Shown in pieces: positions 9,101 through 16,524 of a stretch of 32,818 nucleotides of DNA. The position numbers were made by a program, and so were the translations under genes. Position 1 is the stretch's first letter. Each line of letters begins with the position of its first letter. The notes below the pieces were generated by a model. The model did not search any database, was not told the origin of the DNA, and was given only the letters and a program-made list of their open reading frames with translations. Source of the DNA: an uncultured Gammaproteobacteria bacterium (GTDB lineage: Bacteria > Patescibacteriota > Patescibacteriia > JACRDY01); assembly GCA_964364745.1 (NCBI GenBank), contig CAYINJ010000005.1:1-32818 (forward strand), in the 5' to 3' direction.

Positions 9101-12100
9101 TTAGAACAGACCTTCGGCCAGGGATTAGTACACAAGAAAGTAATAATTTCCGCGGCGGCTTGAGCGGTATCGCTCCCGCCGCTTTGATCGGTAATCAGCG
9201 CCGTGGCGGTCAGCACGCCTTCGCCATCTTGGCCCACGGCGAGGGTCTGTTGTTCGGACATGACACAGGTGTTACCGACTCCACAGGCCGCGCTCCCCAA
9301 GCACTGCTGACTGGCATCTTGGGAGCAGCTACCAGGCAACAGGGTGGCGACCGGTCCACCTGTGAGATTACTAATCACCCACTGCCAGTTCCACGCGTAG
9401 GTCCCGACAATCGGCACGATCAATTGATCGTCAGCGGTGGTCGCCGCCGCGGTAAAGTCACGGGTTTCGTCCTCGCGAGTCAAAGTGGCATGATCGGGGG
9501 TCAATGATACCGAGTCAATCGTGCACAGTTCAGTCCCGCTATCAAAGGTCCAGGCGATGCCATTAGTGACGCCGTCTTGATCAATATCGGGTGTGGTCAC
9601 TTCACCATTTGGGACGATGGGGAATTGGTTGTCAGCCAGTGACAGGGTCACGCCAAAGCGGTCAGCAATGGTTTTACCCAACAGCACCCTGATTTCTTTC
9701 GTGGCCGGCAGCGGCTCATCTAACCGAACTTCCAGGCGAGTGTGACTTGCCCCGTCGGTGGTGGTAATGACTCGACTGCCGACTTGATAATTCAGGTAGC
9801 ACCAATAGTTCGGCGTCGCGGTCTGGACTGCCGGCAGTGGCGGTCCGACCTGTGGGATGCCTTGCGCCCAGGCGCTGGCCACCCAATAGCGAAGCCAGCC
9901 GCTGGCTTGCTGATACCAGCGAGCTAGTCGCTGGCCTAGCGTGGTGGGCTCACCGGCTAAGGTCTGGCTGCGGCCAGTCGGACAGGTGGTCGCACCATTA
10001 TTCCATTGCACCGCCACCTGCTCCGCCGTCAGGGTGGCCGTCTCCATCACGCCAGCGAAATCAGCCGAGATTAAAGTATTTAAACAAATGTCTGTCGTAG
10101 CCGGCGTCAGTGGCGGATTGGGGTAGATGGCGGTGACGTTTGGTTTTAGGCGACAGCACCCTTGCGCATCGACGCCGTAGGCCGCATTGCCACATTGACT
10201 ATCAGCCGTAAATCCACAAATCACGTCGAGATCACCACTGCCCTGTTTAGCCGCGCCGAAATCACACGAGTTACCGCCACAATCAACCGAGCTGACGCAT
10301 GAGGTGGCCGGATTATTACTGCAGACTCCACCAGCTTGGGCCGCGATCGGCGTCCGACCGGCGCCAGCAGCCACCGCCAGCGTCATCGGCCCATAAGCAT
10401 AAGTGGTATTGGCACTGCCCAAGTGGCGACAATCTAGACCGCAGCGATTGGCCGGATCGTTGTTGCCACTCCAACCAAAGTCGCAGTCCTCACCGTATTC
10501 GACGCGACCGTTACCACAGACCGGCCAGGCGATCGCGACGTCGGCGCCGATTAAAGTATAGTTGGCGTTACCGGTCAATAGACAGCTGGTCTGGCTACAC
10601 CCATAGGCCGTCCACCATGAGCCGGTTTCGGTGCCATAGTCACATTGTTCGCCGGGGTCAACCGTCCCGTCACCACAGGCGCAGGTCGGATGTCCCCCGC
10701 CACAGACGGCATACGGTAAGGTCGGCGCACCTTCGAGCACGCAAGCCGTGTTACAGCCATCATTCGGCACCGGATTCCCCTCGTCACTGCGCGGATAGGC
10801 CCCACTGCAGGCGCCACTAGTGATGATGGTTTTGCCCAAACCAGTGGCGGTTCGACAGGTTTCGCAGCTTTCACCAGCTCCCACTGCGCCATCGCCGCAG
10901 AGCGATTGCCCACTAATGCTGCCGGTTTTTTTACAACTGTTATTACAACCATCGCCGTTGACATTGTTTGGCTCACTGCCATCATCACAATCCTCACCTA
11001 AGACGACCGTCTGGTCGTGATAAATGGCGGTGTCAATGGTGCCGTTGCCACAGACCGGCGCGGGCACGTAGGTCGTCCCTAAAATGTTGTAATGAGTGTT
11101 GCCGGCGCGCAGACAAGTATTGGCGTTACAGCCATAGGCGTCCCAGACCGGATCAATGGCCGAGCCATAATCACACTCTTCGCCGAGATCAATATTACCA
11201 TTGCCACAAATCGGCGCGGCCGTGCCGGCCCAGAGACAGCTACTACTACAGCCATCGACATTGACGGTATTGCCGTCATCACAATCCTCACCGGCGCCGA
11301 TGATGGCATCACCGCAAACGCTGGTCGGCCACTGGACCGTCGCCACGCTGGTGTTGCCGGAGGTCCAACCCCAGCGGTACAGCGAGTTATTGAGTCGCTG
11401 GCCGGAGGCACTGCACTGATCCGGTGCGCCAAACGCCTGACTGTAGAAGGTTTTGGTGTCGGGGATGAGGGTCAATGACGCCTGCGTTGGGGCCACGGCG
11501 ACGCGATCGATCAGACAGAGATTAAAATCGTTTTTGGTGGTAAAAATCCAACTATAACTGTCCGCGACGCCGTCGTCATTGGTATCGTAATTCAGACCGC
11601 CCAGTTTAGCTCCGGCGATTTGTCCCGCGCCGTCCATCCCGCCCAAGCTCTGCATCAAGCCGCTCAACACCACTCGATAAGAGGTGTCAGGCAAGAACTT
11701 GCCACCATTGTGACTAGCGGCGGGCAAGAAGGTTAGTTCGGAAGCATACTGGCCAGCCGGCGGGTTGGTAATATAACGGTAGCCGAGCGTTTCGCTGGCG
11801 GTTTGGAAAGTCACGGTCACGGGGAACATGTTGACCGCCGTGCAATCCTGATCTTGGCCACACGAATATAACTTTACCAATGTCGGATCAGCAATGTTGG
11901 ATAACATGGCCACGTTAAAGGCCGCGCCGATTTGGGCGTTGACACAGGCAAAGTCACAAGCCGGCCAGTGGGCCAGCACCGCGGGATCGGTCAGATCAAT
12001 AAACAAATTACCATAACCACTCTTGGTGCTCTGGGGCTCTTGGGCCACAATGCGGATCGGCGGACCACCGAGCGCATAACCCCCAACTTGCTTGTAAGGC

Positions 12101-15100
12101 GGCGGCGTACAGGCGGCCACACAGGCCAAGTCGTCTGAAGTATAGGTCGTAAATCTAGTAGTGGGCTTGGCCTGATAGCCAGCGTTGGCTTCGCTGTCGT
12201 CAGTGGGGCTAACACAGCCCGGGTCAGGATTGCCCGTCGGCCCTTGGTCAAACAGTCCGTCACCATCGTTATCAATGGCGTCGGCACACTGGGCCCAACG
12301 GTCACATTCGCAGAAGTAGGCCTGCTGACCCAGCGTTTCTTTTTTGGCTAAGGTCCAGCGGAGGTGACGAATAGCGGCGACGGACTGCGCGCCGGCGGTT
12401 TCTGATTTATCGCCGCCAAAGGCGACGACACAGCCGTCATCGGCTAGCAATGTCACCGCGCCAATCAAGCAGCCCGCGGCGTCACATTTGCCATCACGAT
12501 CATCGTCGAGATTATTATTACACTCGTTACCGGCATCCAGCGTGGTCAGGTCAGCATACAAACTGGCCGACTGCCCTTGCAGGTCTTGGACACTCCAGGT
12601 CCAGTTATAGCCGGCCGTATCGATCATGACACAGGCGTTGTCTTCAGAGTCGGCCAAGGCGCGGTGATAGACCGGGTCAGCCGGGTTTAGAGGGTCGGTC
12701 CAATCGCCGTAGAGTTGACCTAAGTGGTTAGCCGTATACGACATCGGTTGGACATTGACACAGCCAACGGCGCAGGGGATCGCGTCGGCGCGGGTCTTGA
12801 ATCGCCAAACATAGTCGCGGAGCAGCGGGTAGCCGTTGGTCGCCACCAGCGGCCCACCCGGGCGGGTTTGGGCTCCGGCGACTGATTCACTGTTATCCTC
12901 ACCGCCATCACATTGAGCATCGGCCGCGTCGGTCTTGGCGTCGCCATCATTGTCCCGCCCATCATTACAGGCGGTGACCGTTTGCTGCCCCCGCAGGCGG
13001 ATCTGATACCAATTATTAGTCGCCAGCGTAGTGGTGGACGTGAAAACCAGTCCAATTACTCCGCCCTGCTCGATGTTGGACGATAGATATTCAATCGATC
13101 CGGTGACTACTTCGACCGTCGAGCAGGCCGATGTCTCTGGACCAGTGCAGTGCTCAATCACTACACTGCGCGCCTCCGGATCAGTGGCGGTCAGGACAAA
13201 ACTGGTTTGTTCCATCGGGATGGTAAACCGCGCGGTGATGACGGCGTTGATACAAGCCAGCGGTTTGTTATTCGATAAATCCCAGTCCGGCGTCCAGGGA
13301 CTCGGGCTAGGCGTGTTGGCATTGACACTACAGCTCTGCGTTCGGTTGCACTCTTCCACCACTCGGGGGTAGAGCGGCACTTCGCTGGTCGAAAACGCCC
13401 AGGCGTAGCTCGATAATGGGTTACCCGCTGACGGGCAGGTGACGGCGCAAACGCCAGTGCCACAGCACTGGAGTTGAGCTGGTTGTTGACCACAACCGGT
13501 GACGGCGTTGGTGTCCCACTGCCACTGGTAGCTAGCATCATCCGCGTTCACCTCACAGACCCAGCAGCCAGTACCATCACGCTGGCCGGCGGCCGGGGCG
13601 GTACAGGTGCTGGCCACCGGTCGGCCGTTACAGGCCTCGGTGCTGTCGCACGACCCGACCGAAAATTGTTGGCCGTTACTTTGGAGGTCGGCCGCACTGA
13701 CGACCACCACCGGACCGGTCTCGGCAGCGGCGGGCACTTTTGTTTTCAAAATGGTTGACCAATTGAGAATGGTGCCTTTTGATTGATCGGTGTTGGGCCA
13801 AAACTTCACCGCGCTATTCGTCCCTTGAGCGCCAAAATATTCACCATAGACCCGGACCGCCGTGTCGACGGGGCCATTGTTTGGTGACAAGCGACACACG
13901 CCTGGTGTCGGATCGGCCGTGGTGACGCTAAACGGTACGAAGTTGCTGGGAGTGTGATTGGCGTCATTGCGCTCTAACTGGATTTGATACCCACCGACCA
14001 CTACGTCCGGCACCTTGACGGTCACATTGCGCGCTTGCCAGTAGTCCTGGGCACAACCGGCGGGGAAGGCGACATCGGCCGCGATCCGGGCGCTGCCGGA
14101 GACGAAATAGACCGCCCCCGGCACCCCGCCGAAATTGCGACCAAATAAAGTAAGGTATTGCCCCACTCCGCCTTCCGTTGGTGAAACGTACTCAATCACC
14201 GGGCCGGTGGTCACCAACTCCGAACTAATCGTTAAATTATAGCCATTACTGTCTTGGCCGTCGGCCGTGACTTTGGTCGTCACCACGCCATCCTGCAAAT
14301 TGGGTAGCGTCGCACTGATACTGGCGATGGTCCAAGCACTGGTCGCCTGGGCGGCCACACCACCGAAAGTGACGCGGTCACCGCTGGCCGTCCCGGTGCC
14401 GAAGTTAGCACCTTTAATCGTCACGGGCTGCTGGGGCGACTGGACGGCGGGCGTGACGGCACAAATGCCGGGATATTGGCGATCGTTAATTTCAAATTGG
14501 CCATACCACCCGCGCGAGTTCTGGGTGGTATCGGTCAGGCCGGCGGTGGTCTGGACGGTGATGGTGGCCAATACCGGATGGTCGCCCAAGGTCTCCCCCA
14601 CGGCGCTGGCTGGATCGGGAATGACCACGATGATTTGATTATTTTGCCAGGTACTGCCGCAGACGGCCGCGGCCGGCAATGCCGCGGTCACGGTCAACTC
14701 TTGGTTGGTGTCATCGCGGAAGGTGAAGTCAACCGTGCCGGCGGTGTGACCAAACGCGCTGCCATAAATAGTGGCGTAGCCGAGCGGCGCGCCGTCCGTC
14801 GGACTGACCCCGCTAATGGTCGGCAGCGCACTACAGGCACAGCTAGTTTGGTCGCAGTAGCTGTTTGAACTGCAGCCAAAAACGTTTGGCGTACAGCTAT
14901 CGTCATCGGCGCTCACATCACACTGCTGACCAACACAGGCGCCACACCAGTTGCCACCGCAATCCACCGCGGTTTCGCCGGCTGGGGCGTCGACGTCCAG
15001 CAAGTCATTGGCGCAAAATGGCGGCTGAACCACCACCGTCACGACTCCGGAGTCAGCCGAGTGATCGTCATAGTCATAGGCCACCGCGCGAATCTTGACT

Positions 15101-16521
15101 GTCGGTGGTGGCGGCGTGTCAAAGGTAAAGCCCAAGACGTCCCAAAGTCCCGTCGAGCGGTACCGGAGGGTGCCACCGGGTAAGGCAATTTCCGTCGGAG
15201 CGGCGTCAACGTAACTGGCCGCAAAATCCTCCGGTTCCAATGGCGTGGTTTCATCGAAGTATTGAATGGCTCGCCGGGTAGTGCCGTCGGCGTCGTAGAC
15301 CGTATATTCAACGTAAGCCACTCCGCCATCATCAGTGATTTCGCTGGTAATGGGATAGTCCCACGTGCCGGCCGTCACGCGGTCGCCGGTTTGCGGTGAA
15401 GTAATCTGGACGCTGGGTCCGGCAATGTCAATAATATCGCCGGTGACAAAGGAACTGACGCAAGGATGGTCGGTACTACAGACCAGTGGCCGACTACCGT
15501 GGCTACCGGCATTGCCCACCACGCCGTCCGAGCCGTCAATGACGACCACGCCATAGACACTGTCGGCATCAAAACAACGGAGATTCTCGTTGGGCGCGGG
15601 GCAGAGCGCATCAGGCACAAACCGGACTGCTCGACCATTGGTCTCCCTCGTGCCGACGACCACGCGGTCCAACTGGTCAGTCGCGATTTGATTGACCGCG
15701 GCCGCAGCCAGTGACACCCCTTGATAGGTTACTCCCTGACCGTCGATGGTTTGGTGGAGCGTGGCGTCAAATGTCTCCGGCGCGATGCTAATTTCATTGC
15801 CGGTTGACTTCTCGACCACGCGCTGTTCGAGCAGCCCATTCAATTTAACAAATTTAATCGAGTCCGACGTCACCGACTCGTCATCCACTGAAAAGCGGAA
15901 AAATACTCGGGGTACGACGTTGCGGATCCGCACCACGCCGCTGGGGCGGAAGCGGTCGACCCAGAATTGCTCCCACCAGCCGCCGGTGCAAGTCGGGTCG
16001 GTCGGGTCATCAGCCACGCACGTTCCCCAGGTGTTGTTCGGTTGACAAGTTCGCGTCCCGCTGCAGAAGCCACCGATGTTACAGGTCTGCGGCGCGGGAT
16101 TGGCGCTATAATTACAGCTACTACTGCCCACCCCGGTGGCATTGGTCAATAGATTAAAAACATAACTAACGATCGCGAAGGCCAGCACGATGATGACCAG
16201 GCCGATGGCGCCATCGATCATAATTTTTTTCGCCTGCTCCACGCCGTCTGGGTTGCCGCCGGACATCATCCACATCCAGCCGCCGTATAAGACAATCCCC
16301 AGCGCGACCAACCCCAACAGCCCTAACGCGTAGCGAATAATCCGCGCGGCGGTAATTCGCACGTCTTGGACCGGCAGTTGGATATTATCTTCAATCGGCT
16401 GCAAGCCAAATTGATCGACCGGCGCACTTTGCGCCAGCACCGAACCCAACGGCCAAACCACCCCCGTGATCAGGAGGAGGCCGATGGTGGCGAAGATGAC
16501 GCGAAAATTTTGGCGCAACAT
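6163..16521 (-). CDS. Giant (3452 aa) surface protein: VirB2/TrbC-like pilin hairpin, Ig-like (Big_5/Big_2-like), IPT/TIG x4, Cys-rich DUF4215-like x6, PsbP-like, GspG-like, TSP3 and MopE-like repeats
   Basis: Uninterrupted 10.36 kb ORF with signal peptide (VLA-Q). Motifs: [34 protein letters not shown] pilin motif; P-x-I-xx-V-S-P...G-xx-F-G IPT repeats; CGDG/CGNG...GEDCDDG repeats; [23 protein letters not shown]. Confidence 0.85.
   Translation of the reverse strand: [3452 protein letters not shown]
7026..7221 (-). repeat. MopE-related putative metal-binding repeats (2) in the giant protein
   Basis: [17 protein letters not shown] and [44 protein letters not shown]. Confidence 0.75.
7438..7645 (-). 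repeat. Thrombospondin type 3 Ca-binding repeats in the giant protein
   Basis: [38 protein letters not shown]...[20 protein letters not shown]. Confidence 0.8.
10430..11320 (-). repeat. Six Cys-rich CG[DN][GA]...GExC repeats (Myxococcus Cys-rich/DUF4215-like)
   Basis: [72 protein letters not shown] and [15 protein letters not shown]. Confidence 0.8.
13655..14830 (-). repeat. Four tandem IPT/TIG domains in the giant protein
   Basis: [60 protein letters not shown]. Confidence 0.8.
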
Positions 16522-16524
16522 AAA

